Source: Octopus sinensis (taxonomy: Eukaryota). From it: DNA of 64,000 nt. The position numbers were made by a program, and so were the translations under genes. This document shows positions 50,901 through 64,000 of this stretch, one piece after another. The notes beneath the pieces were generated by a model, which was not told the origin of the DNA, did not search any database, and saw nothing but the letters and a program-made list of their open reading frames with translations. Position 1 is the first letter of the stretch. Every line of letters begins with the position of its first letter. The stretch spans positions 14,694,001 through 14,758,000 of the forward strand of contig NC_043005.1 of NCBI RefSeq assembly GCF_006345805.1, given 5' to 3'.

Positions 50901-53900
50901 TTACTTCATAAAATAAGACCAGTTTTCAAAGCCTCACTGAAATAAATTTAGAAGTAGAAGTGTGTGTGTGTGCGTTTGACCACTATTGATCAAGCCAAGG
51001 TCAAGCTCAGTCATGTGTTGAAAGAAGGAATTTGTCCTAGAGATAATAACATTTTTCTATTAATCTCTTTATCTTTATATACATTTATACTTACACACAA
51101 ACAAACACACATACATAAATTTTCAAATGTGTTCTGCTGTTTCCATTTTCTTTATTGTCTCAAAAGCAACCTATTCCTTTAGGAAATTTGTAAGTTCTTT
51201 TGCATTATTCGGTGTCTTTAATGTGGCAAAATCTATGGGCATTTATCATAAAAGAGAAAACCCCACTTTTCTTTAAGCTTAAGAGCTATGACTGTCTACT
51301 TTTGTACTCTCTCCTACACTGACACTAACTGACAGTATTTATAATGACAGCCACATACCACTCATCATGGTGGGGGGATATAATCTCCATAACAGGTATA
51401 CACCCCACTTTTCTTTAAGCTTAAGGGCTTAGCCAAAACCTTCTTTGCCATCATAGACTCTAACTTTCTATATCACCATAAATATAGTTTGATCTTCAGC
51501 AGATCTACTCTAAAGTTATCCCATTCATCTCTGCCTAATATGGAATATAAATCACAGCAGTAGTAGTACTACCATTGACCCAAAAGCCTTGCCTATAACC
51601 CTAACACTGAAATTAATATAAGCCATGATATAGACAGCCTCTTTTCTGATGATGGTGGAAATGTGATTGGGAATAATAATAGCAAGTATGCCTTTTCTAC
51701 AGATCAAGCAGGTCCATCTACCTGAAGGGATTTGTAATTTGTCTGCCTTCCTACTTACTAATGCTTTGGTCTTTGCTAGGTTAACTCAAAACCCCTTCAA
51801 TTCTAGACCTTGCTTCATACCTCTTCTTTAGTTCTGGTAATGATTCAGCGATAAGAACAAGGTCATCAGAATAGAGGAACTCTCAGAGGCAGCCTATCTT
51901 CCTCTGTTATTGCCTGGAGAACTATGATGAACAATCTTTGGTTAACCTCTACTTGTACCTTGAAATCTTCACTGTACTCATTGCCAACCCTCACCTTACT
52001 GACAGCATCCCTGTACATGGTTTGTACAGCTCTCACCAGCCATTCATTGGAAACTATCCCTAGTTTCCATATTGACCATCTGATAAGGGATCAGGGGACC
52101 CTGTCAAAGGCTTTCTCCAAGTCAACAAAAGCCAAGTACAAAGATTTTATCTTTGGCTACATATTTCTCCTGCAACTGCCTCAGGAACTTCATGTGACAT
52201 AACCAGTGTAAGCTGTGTTGTGAGAACTACTTTTCTAAGGCCACGAAGAATTGTCTCAGGATACTGGTGGTGATTTGCAATGTCAATGGTGCATTATATC
52301 AGACTACTTGCTTTAATCTACTACCCTGTTTCTTAGAATTACTACATTCTTCACTATTCCTCTTTATGCTTTTGTCATGAGCTAGTCAGCTTGTATTAAA
52401 GATAAATCTTATATGGGTGATTATTGCACACCACGCTTCCTATCTTCCACCTCTTGCTGGTGATTAACATTATACCTACCATATTTGGGAGGTTGTGAAG
52501 ATTTAGCAGTCAATTTACTTGAATTAATGTTACTCGATTGTCTCTTACTTTTATGTTCGTTTCACTTATCTTTCTTTCTGTTGGTTAAGGGTGTTTCTGT
52601 GTCCTTTGTCCTAACTACACCACCTGTGAGTCACCAGAATCATAATTTGTCCATTGTTAACATTATTATCCTTGACTGAGTTGCTATTTGGGATGTATTT
52701 AATTTCTTCTTGGTAACCGACTTCAGCTGAAGTTAGGTTATATCTCCCATGTTGTTTAAAAATTTCTTTCCTAGTTAAAAGCTTAGAAATTCTAATTGAG
52801 ACTGCCTTAATTATAGAGTTTATAATGCATTTTGGATGATTTGAGTTGTGGCTTATGTACTTAAGGTTGTCACTGGGTTTGTGAAATGGTTGATGCAGTT
52901 CAGTAATAAGGTCAAGGGTAATATCTAAAAAATCTTTACTTTACTATGATCTTTCTCTACAGAGATAGAAAGTCCAGATATATTTTAAAATTGCAAAAGA
53001 TTTTACTTATACTGTCCAACTTTATTTTTGCTACAATTACAGATTGTGAATAATGCTTCATCCCAGTATAATCCTTCTCACAATTTCAAGAATCTCTCCA
53101 TTTAGGTCCTTTAAAATGTATATTTTTACAAATTCTGTCAACTGTGCAGAGTTGCTTCATCCCACAGTGATAATAAAATTATTTAGTTCTATCCTTCCTT
53201 GTCGAATATTTTCTCTCGTATTTAGTAATTGCTTTTGTAGCTTCTAATATGATGTCAATTTCACTCCAAGATAATATAGAGTTTTACCTTGCGAAAATGA
53301 TTGCCTTATTTCATCGGACATGGCCGATGGATGCATACTAGTTAGTGATATCTATTTGAAAGAATCTAGTAGTTTTCTTATTCTAAATATCATTAAACCA
53401 TTTCAGGATCCCCAAAGAATTTGTTTATACACCCCATTTAATCATTTCCCTAAGCATGTGTAAATATCTGTCTATTATTGATTAATCTCTCAAAGTTTGA
53501 TCTGGAGGGGCATATGAGAATGGCTGTGGAATTAGGTGTAAAGTTTGTCCAAAGGTCTTTCAACATGAAACAGTTTATAACATTTTGCTCTGCCTTCTCC
53601 CTGTGTGTGTGTGTCTAGTAAAGGCAGGTGGCTAGTGGTTAGAATATTCAGCTCACTGTCATAAGGTTATGAGTTCGATTCCTGGTGGCACATTCAGTCC
53701 TTGAGCAAGACACTTTATTTCACGTTGCTCCAGTCTACTCAGTTGGCAAAAATTGAGTAGTGCCTGTATTTGAAAGGGACCATCCTTTTCATATTCTGTG
53801 TCACACTGAATCTCCCTGACAACTATGTTAAGGGTATGTATATCTGTGGAGTACTCAGCCACTTGCACATTAATCTCACAAGCATGGAGAGCCAGTGTGT

Positions 53901-56900
53901 GTGTATGTGTGTGTATAAAGGCACAGGGATTGGTGTATGCTTAAAAAGTGGGCTCAAATGGTTTTCAATTCATCTCTCAATGTGGCACCTTAGGCAAGTA
54001 TTTTCTATTAAACCCCTTGGCTGACCAAGATTTTTTTGTGAGTGGATTTGGGAGACAGAAACTGAAAGAAGCTGGTTTGATATGTGTGTGGGAGTGTGTG
54101 TGTGAGGACACTATTCCACACTGGTCTGTACTGGCCGTTCACTACAAATGTTTTATTGTCATCATGATCATCATTACCATCATCATTATCATCCCCATCA
54201 TCATCATCATCATCACTCACACCATGAACATCATCATCACCAATGCAACCATCAACAACATCACCACCACTACCACCACCACCTCCAACACCACCACTAC
54301 CATCATCATCACCTCCACCATCATCATTACCAGCATCACCATTATTATCATCATCATGAAACTATTTTAAATTCCTGCACTGATCTTCTATTGTAGATAG
54401 TTATTAAAAATAAAGATCTTGAAGAAGCGTATGGTGTTCGGTGCGAAGCACCATGTCCAGGAGGTAAAATGACCTTATCAAATTGTAAGATTTTGCCTCA
54501 GAACTGTTCTTTATTGTTTGTTCTTTTACTGTTTGTTTCTTTTCCTTTAATTCCTCAGGGAATTGTTATCCTTAGTACAACCCCTACACCCTACAAAATG
54601 CACAAGCGAGCATGTGACTATAATATTAATGAATTCAACTTGAAAGGTTCATATTATGAGTTCAAATCTTATTGTTGCCTTTCAATCCCCAAGAAAGACA
54701 CATTATTCTACATTTAGTGGTTCAATTCACAATTGTTTTGTCTGTGATAAGAAAAGACAAACATCTGTAAAGTTATTCCAAATAAGAAACGTTTTTACAG
54801 ATAGGAAAACAGTTACCGATAATTTTGGCCAATATATTTCATAGAATTAGATGAAAAAAAGAAGTGATTCATGAGAGATAAGTCAAATGAAATAATTACA
54901 TGAATTTGAATATAATATATTTAGGGGTAATACATTGAATGCCATATGCAAAAATTCTTAAATGAAATTGTTGTATTGCCAATTGTTATGACGATATATT
55001 TTTACATTATAATTGTGGAGTAATAATAAAGCATATAACGAAGCAGGGTAACAACAACTTAACGATCCAAAAAACTATCCATGAACCAATAAACGATATT
55101 CCAACAAACTGCCAAAATGACACCTAAGACATCCTGCGATCAATGCCTACTCTCCTATATCATTCAGACCGCTACTATTTTTAGACGTTTGGTCAGTCTA
55201 TTCTTGCAGGGGGTGCTGTGACTCTTGCCACAACTGAAATTTAGTCTTTTATCTTTAGAAAGGAAGCAAAATTCTGTGGTCAGTGTAAGCAAAATTCAAA
55301 GGAAACAGGGAGATTGTTTCCCAAAACTGAAAAAAATTATCAGCCAAATTTAATGAGATTAGGAAATACACGATCCATGTTGAAGGATGAGATAACTACA
55401 GTCATATTTCAGTCTATTTGACCTCATCAGCATAGTTTCTATAGCCCACTCCAGCCTGACGAACCAGCTGAGAGAGATTTTATTTTTTAATTATATGAAT
55501 TATACTGATTAAAATCCTTTCATAAGTCTTTTCCTCTATTTAGAAGAATTTACTAAAGCACAGGTTAATGTGTAAATATTACCCTTTTGAGTGTCCTTCT
55601 AATTTAATATCTCAATATCTATTTATCAAGATAACTTAATGTCTGTGTGTGACTGAAAAGACAGAGGCTGTGTGTTCTTGTTTCTCTTTTTTTCAGCTTA
55701 CACATCACCATTGCAAACCAGTGTACAGTTTATATACTATCTCAATATGTTCCACACTGGCCGGTTTGATTTTGCTTTAGAAATGAAATGAGGATGTGAC
55801 ACTGACAATGCACCACATCAGGGAAATATGTATTAGTTTTCCTCACAGTGAATTCTGGGGTGATTTTTTTTTTACTTAGATCTGAAGTATATTGTGTTTT
55901 CATCACAATACGTCCATCAAGAAGGGATTTTCCTATAATGAATAACCAAAGGGTCTGGCAGTTGAACAACACACATACATTAAGTATGTTGCGTAAGGAT
56001 GAGCTCAAGGTGACCGAGGAAGGAGAGAGGACATAACACCTTCTACACTAATGTTCTTAAATCATCGCTGAAGCTTCATTCCACACTGCAACAAATGCAG
56101 GAAGAAGTGCCACCTCTTCCAATAAGTGGCATTGGAAAAACCCTCAAACTGGTGAAAACAGAAATAGCGCTTGGGAAAATGGCATCACAACAGAGTTTTT
56201 AAGATGTGAATGTGAAGAACTATGGAAAATCCTCATTCTACATTTCAACCACTTTCTGAAGGAGGGTAAAATATCTTCAAATACCATTCTACGTCACAAG
56301 AAGAGTGATAAAGAAAATTTTAAAAACTATCACTGCATATGCCTCTTGTCTCACCCCTATAAGGCGTTTACAAGGATCATAGTCACCAGACTATCAAAAT
56401 ATGTCAACCACTAAAAGTCGAGAGAGCAAGCAAGTTTCCATATGAATCATCACCGTGTCACTTTTGTTGATTATTGTTATGGTGATAATTGTAATAATAG
56501 AACACCTCCTCCATGTAGGGCACACAAATGAGACATGGGCTACTATGAAGAAGATAAAATATCGATTGGCTATGGTGCAAAGGTCCATGGAAAGATCCAT
56601 GCTAGGAACATGACTGAGAGAATTCGAAATAGTTTGAGGATGGCGCTCAGTGAACAATGTGATGGCAGGGTATCGAAAGCACAAGTTCCACTGTGCTGGA
56701 TATGTCACAAGGTTCACAGACAACAGGTGGAACCATGCAGTTGCCAAGTGATATCCCAGAGTGTAGAAAAGGCCATTTGGAGGGCCTCCGTGACAATGGG
56801 AAGATGATTCAGTCAAACAGTTTCGGTTGAGATGGAAAAGAATGACACAATCTAGACAAAATTGGAAGTGCATTGTGCCTAGCAGTGTTTGACAGCATCT

Positions 56901-58075
56901 GAAGAGCTGTTCGATATTGTCATACTGGGTCTAGCAAACATTTGCATCTAAATACCAACCAAGGAGATGTAAACCACATTGATAGTCATCAACTTTGACC
57001 AGTTTGTAGTAGGAGAAATACTCATGGTACAGCTAGCACGATAACAGCGCTGGTAAATGGAGTTGGGACTGCCTTGTATACAAATAAATACGATAAATGC
57101 TCATGGAGAGATAAATCAAAATGTCCTTTAATGAATCTCTGTATGAGTACAAATCTTGTATATAAATGTACCGTGCACACAAGGGAAGGGCTCTATGATT
57201 ACATTGGGCAGACGGCACTGATTCATTTAAGAATCATCATCATAACCATATTGCCAGCTTTAAATCAATCAATAAGAGACATTCGACATCTTTGGCAGAT
57301 TTTATATGGCGACTGAAGGAGGGTAAAACGAAGTACAACATTAATTGGTCCATAGTTAGACATACAAAACCATAGAATGTAATTTCTAGGAGATGCTGTC
57401 TCTGCTTCGAGGAATCCCTGTTTATTCTGTGGACTAACGAGAAGATACCTAATAGAATCTCTGAACGACTATTGAGATGCATATAAATGCACTTTTGCAT
57501 AATGAATTTTGAATAACCGTTAACACAATGTAATTTAATTTACTTTAAGGCATGGATGACTTAAGTTTACTTTTAACCTCCTCGTTCTTCTAAACACCTA
57601 GTAAATAACTGACTCACTTTGTGATCAGGACTGCACCAAACCTAGCATTTGTGTATGCTCACATTTTTGCTGATGCTTGTATGCACTTGTGTATTCATGC
57701 CATGCAGCTTGCCCGAGGACGTTTATACATCCATATCTATTAATGGCTATTTTCAATACTTCTCTCACTGGATTACATGTTTGTTTCTCTGTCTTCTGCA
57801 ATTTTATTTTTCATCTTCTATATAAATATGAAGATTTTTTTCCTCCGTCTGGCTGTTTTTTTCTCTCTACAAAACAGAAAGTTACGTTGTGGAACAGTTA
57901 TTTTAACGAGTTGTTTTTATTTATTCATCACCCAACGAGATACAACTGCACCACCAGATGCTCCAGAATCAGTTGTTGAGTGTCCCACCCAAGAGGAATC
58001 AATGCTAGATGTACCGAAACAATTGTCGGGACTAATAAAAAATTCTTGTATATTCCATCTTCTGTCTTTCATTTG

Positions 58076-58114
<39 letters not shown>

Positions 58115-61100
58115 TTATACTTATAGTAGTAGGCACTTTTCCAAGGTGCCACATATTGGAAGTAAACACTAAATGATCTGGTTGCAAATTGAGCATCTTA
58201 GCCACAGAACATGGCTGCGTATTTTTAATATATATACATCAGAAGAAGAGATGCATTGAATCATAACAAGGTTGGGGTAATTTAAAAATAGCATTAGGGA
58301 CAGAAAAGGGTTCAGAGTTAAACTGACTTGAAAATCACTGATCTAGAACACCCAAAAGAAACCGGAATTTTGCTATATTATTTTATTCACTTAGTCTTAC
58401 ATGTTTACACTTCTATCGCCATCAAAGTATTCTCCATTTGAAGCAATGCATCGATTCAGACCACTGTTCAAAGCAGTCCTGGAACTCTTGCAAAGTGATG
58501 CCTTTTGACGCTTGTTTTGTTTTTTACTTCCTCTCTTCCACATCTGCAAAATGTTTTCCTTTAAGGACATTTTTTATTCAGAGGAACAAAAAAAAAAAAC
58601 AGTTGCAAAGAGCAAGATCAGGTGAATAGGGAGGCAGGGTAAGAGGAGTCACACATTCAGTCAAGACTGCTTTCTGATCTTCTGTGAATAAGTGAAGCAC
58701 AAATTTTGCTGTGACTCTTTTCATTTGAAATTCCTTGTTCAAAATTTGTTGGCAGCAGCTCCAGGACACACCAGTCATATCAAAAAGTTTGTCAATTCAG
58801 AATCCTCGACTACAATGGGCTTTTCCCATAGAGAATGCTTCCAGTTACTTTTGGGTACCTTCTCATATGTGTGACTATTTAAAGTTTTTAAAGCCTCTCC
58901 TTCTGTTGTTTGATATAGAAATAAATAATATCAATAAATTACAAAAGAAAAGAAACGTAATAAATCTATGATTGGAAAACTAAATGTTTTCCAATCATAT
59001 TCTAATGATTTTATTTGAAATCCAACCTCCTTACAAGACAATGATCATTTTATGTTTATTAATTTTAAAATTTTGTTGTGCCTGATGATGACGTTTTTTG
59101 TCTCTTACTTTCTAGGGACACACTGGAGCTTTGTAGTTAAACGTGATCATGCATATGGTGAATATGAGTTTAATTTAGAGCTGGAACCTTACGTTAAAAT
59201 GGATGTAGTATTTAGACCAAATTCTAAAACATCAAATAAATCATTCCTCCTTCCTTCGGAAATGAATACACAGTCAGAAATTAAGTTATTGACAAGAGGA
59301 AAATTTCAGCTGGGCACAGATGTAAGTAAAACCCTTTATTACTTTTTCATTTAGAAGGAGTATACCTGCTTGACTGAACCTCAATATATTTCTTGCCTGT
59401 CATGTTTTTTAGATTTGTATAAATAATCTCAGCTTTTCCAAATAAGCCCCTTAGACATTTATTAACATAACCAACTGTATTAATGATTATTACTGTACGT
59501 ATGCCTGCTTATATATTTAAATATTCTAAAACCTCACATTGGGTGAAACAAGATTATAGTAAAAAAAAAAGGATGAAAGAGAATATCATACTTTAATATT
59601 TAGATTTAATTCAGTTCTGAAATACACAACATTGTAAATAAACAAATATTCTATGAATATATTTGTTTGCTTTACAACTGCGTTTTTCTATTCTAGCATG
59701 GGTTAGATGAATACATATTATGAAGGAGATGCTTTTCAACTCAGTGTTTTTTATGTCACTAACCCTTTCCTGGCTTTCAATGAAGGGAGATGTTATTCCA
59801 CCTGTCTTTGAATGTGCAGTGCTACAGGACAATTTTCTGATGGGGAAATGACAACAAACGTCATCATCATCGTCTCTGGCTTACCCCAGGGCAGAATGTG
59901 AATATTTACACTGGCATACACATGCATGGTCCCCTACTAGGGAGACTGTCACATTCTTGACAAAAAACAGGGTGGGTAGCAGGTAGAGTGATGGTGGGAG
60001 CAAACTAGGATGTGTTTGGGGAAGGGGCCAAGTGTATGATAGCAGAAACAGAAAGATGGGACTGAAGGGGTGGCAAAAGAAAAGAGAAAAAGGATGTTGA
60101 CTGCATTGAAAGAGAGGACAAGACTGGTTGTAGGCAGTATTGAGTACAGATGGTTCCAGTGCTACCCTTTATAGTAGAGGCATAATGGAAGAGAGTAAGG
60201 GGAGAGAGAGAGAGAGAGGAGAGTATAAGAGAGACAAGAGGGTAGACAGGTCTAGTAACATTCCTACAATGACTGCAGGGTACAGAGAAAAGGAGAGATT
60301 CACTGTTATTGTTAGTTAGACAGGCTGGTGGTGGAGTGTGGGTGGATAATAGAGAGATGAGTGATAGAGAACTGATACAAAGGTGAGATGATATACCAAG
60401 AGGCAGTCTAGGCAACTTATGTAGACACAAATGGGGGATATAGAATAGGTAAGAGACCCAAATGTAGACAGGTTATATCTACCAGACTCCATCACTAACT
60501 GTGATTCAACATTCAGTTCTACATGAATTTATGATTTAGAATGGAATAATATTTTCATGTTGAATTTATTAAGATGACAAGACCAGGTTCTGTCCCTGAT
60601 GCCATCATCTGTGGATCCAATAGAATTCCTTTATGTTGTTTTAAGTTTCTTAAATCATGTGTAAAGAATGTGAGCAGCTGAGCCCCTGTAAAGATGGTCT
60701 TGTATAAAGTTATCAATATTTGAAAGAACACTTCAGTTGAAGAAAAGATAAAATTGCTGAGTGGATGGATAAGTGAGGTGTTCCCCATCTGTTTAATTAC
60801 TTGGTCCAGAACAAATGTGACACCTGTCTAAAGCCATGTAATTCCTGGAGATGTAATTTTGTTGCTTTTCTTTTTCTTATTTTAATTTAGATCACGGTGA
60901 AGAATATGGATACTTCTGAAATATATTCCTGTATTTATCTTCAGTCTCCATCTACTGAACCTCCTTATCATGAATGTTTATTGGTAAATGGTAAGTTGAT
61001 AAAAAGTATTTCTCATACAATCTTATAAGAAACAATGAAATAGTTCTGTAATTTTGCCTGTGTGGCTTTTGCCAGGTGTTCTTGATAATAAAGAGAGGGA

Positions 61101-61116
61101 GCAGGATGAATTCTAA
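44873..61116 (+). CDS. Six-exon gene, right paralog; as assembled it has a 1-nt deletion in exon 2 (pseudogene allele or homopolymer error)
   Basis: Same splice sites and phases as the left copy, but exon 2 is 196 nt instead of 197. Frame-restored translation: MLVLTYCSILFFVLPHFFYTQARKWDVEICYTEAHKFSVHLTLNSKIFKTIACPSKQNCYETEIDLANETKPNFIKVNPSKEFQIVIKNKDLEEAYGVRCEAPCPGGKMTLSNWTHWSFVVKRDHAYGEYEFNLELEPYVKMDVVFRPNSKTSNKSFLLPSEMNTQSEIKLLTRGKFQLGTDITVKNMDTSEIYSCIYLQSPSTEPPYHECLLVNGVLDNKEREQDEF*. Confidence 0.8.
46380..47400 (+). mobile_element. RTE LINE 3' portion (right arm only)
   Basis: VVDSFRYLGD, RIRISWAKFRELLPLL, GRGRPRKTW. Confidence 0.85.
47593..47990 (+). mobile_element. Short Helitron, right-arm specific, with the empty site visible in the left arm (~21073)
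   Basis: tgaaa|TC...CTAG|ttggtaat versus tgaaa|ttggtaat in the left arm: AT target, no TSD. Confidence 0.95.
48108..48303 (+). CDS. Right gene exon 2 (196 nt; AAA instead of AAAA near the 5' end)
   Basis: Splice sites identical to the left exon 2. The downstream frame is open and keeps all three Cys. Confidence 0.85.
48920..49600 (-). mobile_element. R4/Dong-like LINE RT fragment
   Basis: PNWMLEGQTTLIPQ..QNYRLITFL..HLENNNVLPEEQKEC. Confidence 0.7.
54397..54484 (+). CDS. Right gene exon 3 (IVIKNKDLEEAYGVRCEAPCPGGKMTLSN)
   Basis: ttgtag| acceptor, t|gtaaga donor, 88 nt. Confidence 0.8.
59116..59321 (+). CDS. Right gene exon 4
   Basis: tttctag| acceptor, gat|gtaagt donor, 206 nt. Confidence 0.9.
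60891..60990 (+). CDS. Right gene exon 5 (ITVKNMDTSEIYSCIYLQSPSTEPPYHECLLVN)
   Basis: atttag| acceptor, g|gtaagt donor, 100 nt. Confidence 0.88.
61076..61116 (+). CDS. Right gene exon 6 coding part (GVLDNKEREQDEF*)
   Basis: Follows an 85-nt intron; gcttttgccag| acceptor, TAA at 61114-61116. Confidence 0.8.
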
Positions 61117-61524
61117 ATGATCCATGCTGTTGTTTCAACAGATAAATCTTCCTGGCACCAAATCCATTTTCCAAACCAAAGATGTAAAACTAAACACTAC
61201 ATTCCGATGCTCTACATAGAGATTCTGTCACATTTCCAATTATATTTCTCACCTTTATCCTCCTCCGCCTCCTCCTCATCATCATCAGTATTTTAATATT
61301 CATTTTGTACCTGCTTGTATGGGTCGTAAGGAATTTGTTGAGGTAGATTATTTCTAGGTGGATGCCCTTCCTCTCACTAACCCTCACTTGCTTCCAAGGA
61401 ATGTAATATTTCCTGATGGTGTGGACATAAATTGTGGCTTGTTGGAAACAATGGACACTGCTTGTATGATGGGGATGTTTGTTTACAACAACTATATGAT
61501 ATCAAGGAGATACAACCTGCACAA

Positions 61525-61622
<98 letters not shown>

Positions 61623-62569
61623 CATATATGTGTGCAAACAGCCATACTACAAGTGTACGAACAGCCATGCTACAAGTGTATAAACAGCCATGCTACATGT
61701 GTACAAACAGCCATGCTACATGGCAGTGAAGCATGGTCTGTGACCGCTGAGGACATGCTTAAGCTCGCAAGGAATGAAGCCATTAGTCTCAGATGGATGT
61801 GTGGATGTGTAATGTCAGTGTGCATACTTGACAGAGTGTCAGTACGTTGTGAGAAAAGTTGGACCTAAGGAGCATCAGATGTGGTGTGCAAGAGAGACGA
61901 CTGCGCTGGTATCGGCATGTGGTGAGAATGGATGAGGATAGCTGTGTGTAAAAGTACCACACTGTAGTGGTTGAGAGAACCTGCGGAAGAGGTAGACCCG
62001 GAAGATATGGGATCAGGTGTTGAATCATGACCTTTGAATATTAGGCCTCACCGAGGCAATGACTAGTGACTGAGACCTTTGGAAATATGCAGTGCGTGAG
62101 AAGACCCGGCAAACCAAGTGAAACTATGACCTGTGGCCTATGCCAGTGGTGTAACCAGCCTACTTATGCGTACCTTTCCTTCACTGGACACTAAACTCTG
62201 CTTGCAAAGACCTGTTGAGGTAAGTGAAATTGAAATCGAAATCAAATTTGATGATTGGCATCCGTGCTAGTAGAGTGTGATTGCTGCCAGAGCAGCTGAC
62301 TGGCTTCCGCGGCGGTGGCACATAAAAAGCAGCATTCAAACATGATCATTACCAGCATCGCCTTACTGGCACTAGTGCTGGTGGCACATGGAAAACACTT
62401 GAGCGAGGTTGTTGCCAGTGCCGCTGGACTTGTTCCTGTGCGGGTGGCACGTAAAAAAACACCACTTCAGCATGGCCGTTGCCAGTACCCTCTGACTGGC
62501 CCTCATGCCAGTGGCACGTAAAAGCACCCAGTACACACTTGGAATGGCGGACGTCAAACGATGATGATG

Positions 62570-63670
62570 ATCATCATCATCACCATCATCATTGTTGCCG
62601 TCGTGTAACGTCTGCTTTCCATGCTGGTATGGGTTGGATGGTTTTATTGGGGATTGGTGAGTCAGAAGGCTGCACCAGGCTCCAACCAGATCTGGCAAAG
62701 TTTCTACAGCTGGATGCCCTTCCTAATACCAACCACTCCAAGAGCGCAGTGGGTGCTTTTATGTGCCACCGGCATGAGGGCCTTTTAGGCAGTTCTGGCT
62801 ACCTGCACGGGAGTTAGTCTGGCAGCACTGGGAACGACCACACTTGAATGCTGTTTTCCACGTGCCAGTTAGGCGATGCTGGCAACGGTCACGCTCAAAT
62901 GGTGCTTTTTACATGTCTCTGGCATAGGAGCTGATCAGTGGCCCTGGCAATGATCTCTCTTGGATGGTGCTTTTAATGTTCCACTGGCATGAGTGCTAAT
63001 CAGGCGGTACTGTTATCAGCCATGTGAGCGATTTTGATTTTGATTTTGATTTCACTTGCCTCAACAGATCTTCACAAGCAAAATTTATTGTCCAATGAAT
63101 GTGGGGTACTCATAAGTGGGTCAGTTATACACCACTGGCATAGTTCATGGGATATGGTCTCACTTGGCTTGTCAGGTCTTCTCAAGCACAGCATATCTCC
63201 AAAGGTCTTGGTCATTAGTCATTGCCCCAGTAAGGCCCAATGTTCGAAGGTCGTGCTTCCCCACTTCATCCAAGGTCTTCTTGGGTCTATCTCTTTCACA
63301 GGTTCCCTCAACTGCTAGGATGTCAATAAATGTGAAAAGCTCCTTTCAAATGTTGAGCCTCAGGGACACCGTGATCAAGACCTTTGGCATTAAGTTGTAC
63401 TTGAGAAGAAGAACCACCAAGCTAAGTAAAATCACAGTCATGGCACATACTGGTGTCATGCAAATAGCACCTATGCCGGTGGCACATAAAAACATCCATT
63501 TACACTCTTGGAGTGGTTGGTGTTAGGAAAGGCATCCAGCTGCAGAAAACCATGCCAAATCAGACTGGAGTCTGGTGCAGCCTTCCAGCTTACCAACCCT
63601 GGTCAAACTGTCCACCCATGCCAGCATAGACAGTGGATGTTAGATATTCATGATGATGATGATGTTTTAG
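62570..63670. mobile_element. RTE 3' fragments (minus ~62570-63330; plus ~63340-63670, mirror of 770-1090)
   Basis: Same 3' region and (ATG)n tail as the other RTE copies. Confidence 0.65.
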
Positions 63671-64000
63671 CAGTCTTATAAAAGCCTTAGAATTAAGCCC
63701 TCCACGGAGACCATTGGGACACCTTGTATTTTTAGATCCTGGATGAATATTGTTTCATTAAATATCAGTTTTACTCTTCCACTTTCTCTCTAAGAAATTA
63801 TTCTCACTATTAAAAGGCAATTATGATTTTATTTATATGAGATATTGCAGCTCTCACCTTTTACAAATTCACATTTTGCTTGATTTGCATACAAACATAC
63901 AATAAATTATTTGTTACATATATATCAAAAGTGTTTAATGTTCGTAACAAATATTGTTAATGATAATTCTTCCTCCTACTAATTATTTAAATCATTGAAT

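Larger units (their letters stand above)
43167..64000. repeat. Right arm of giant inverted duplication (blocks 43167-45718, 47409-48590, 51286-~62580, ~63331-64000)
   Basis: Reverse-complement alignment to the left arm by eye. The arm runs off the window edge. Confidence 0.97.

Noticed and set aside
52960-53460. Apparent extra beta-rich exon(s) on the gene strand
   Set aside because: There are in-frame stops and no good donor, and the opposite strand is a Penelope RT relic.
57777-58172. ORFs of 100-131 aa conserved in both arms (mirror 10629-11094)
   Set aside because: The conservation only reflects arm identity. There are no convincing splice sites, and the gene model is complete without them.
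63731-63741. Alternative tiny last exon (DPG*; mirror 677-687)
   Set aside because: The exon 85 nt downstream of exon 5 has a better acceptor and shows the same replacement-biased divergence. This one is possible but unsupported.

Overview
This is AT-rich, repeat-dense animal DNA. The SINE/RTE/Helitron landscape resembles Octopus, which is my recollection and not a database result. The window is almost entirely one giant inverted duplication: left arm ~423-31840, right arm ~43167-64000 (probably continuing past the edge), around an ~11.3 kb spacer full of nested inverted repeats. Each arm carries a six-exon protein-coding gene that the ORF track shows only as fragments, and the two genes are transcribed head-to-head away from the centre. 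Left gene (minus strand) exons: 28583-28637, 20760-20956, 14282-14369, 9435-9640, 7747-7846, 7621-7661. Right gene (plus strand) exons: 44873-44927, 48108-48303, 54397-54484, 59116-59321, 60891-60990, 61076-61116. All introns are GT-AG, and in the left gene the phases join into a 228-aa protein: signal peptide, two ~100-aa beta-rich repeats (possibly PLAT/LH2-like), and a C-terminal QDEF. The introns sampled beside exon 4 are ~98-99% identical between arms, yet the exons differ at ~13% of bases, with 59 replacement versus 8 silent-only codons by hand count. This points to diversifying selection on the proteins while arm-to-arm gene conversion homogenises the introns. A 24-bp duplicated junction at 51260-51425 looks like a footprint of such conversion. 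Right exon 2 is 1 nt short, which is either a pseudogenising deletion or a homopolymer error. The rest is Helitrons (including a 4.4 kb head-to-head foldback), RTE, CR1/L2-like, R4-like and Penelope relics, a truncated Ty3/gypsy element, a mariner relic, SINEs, MITE-like foldbacks and microsatellites.
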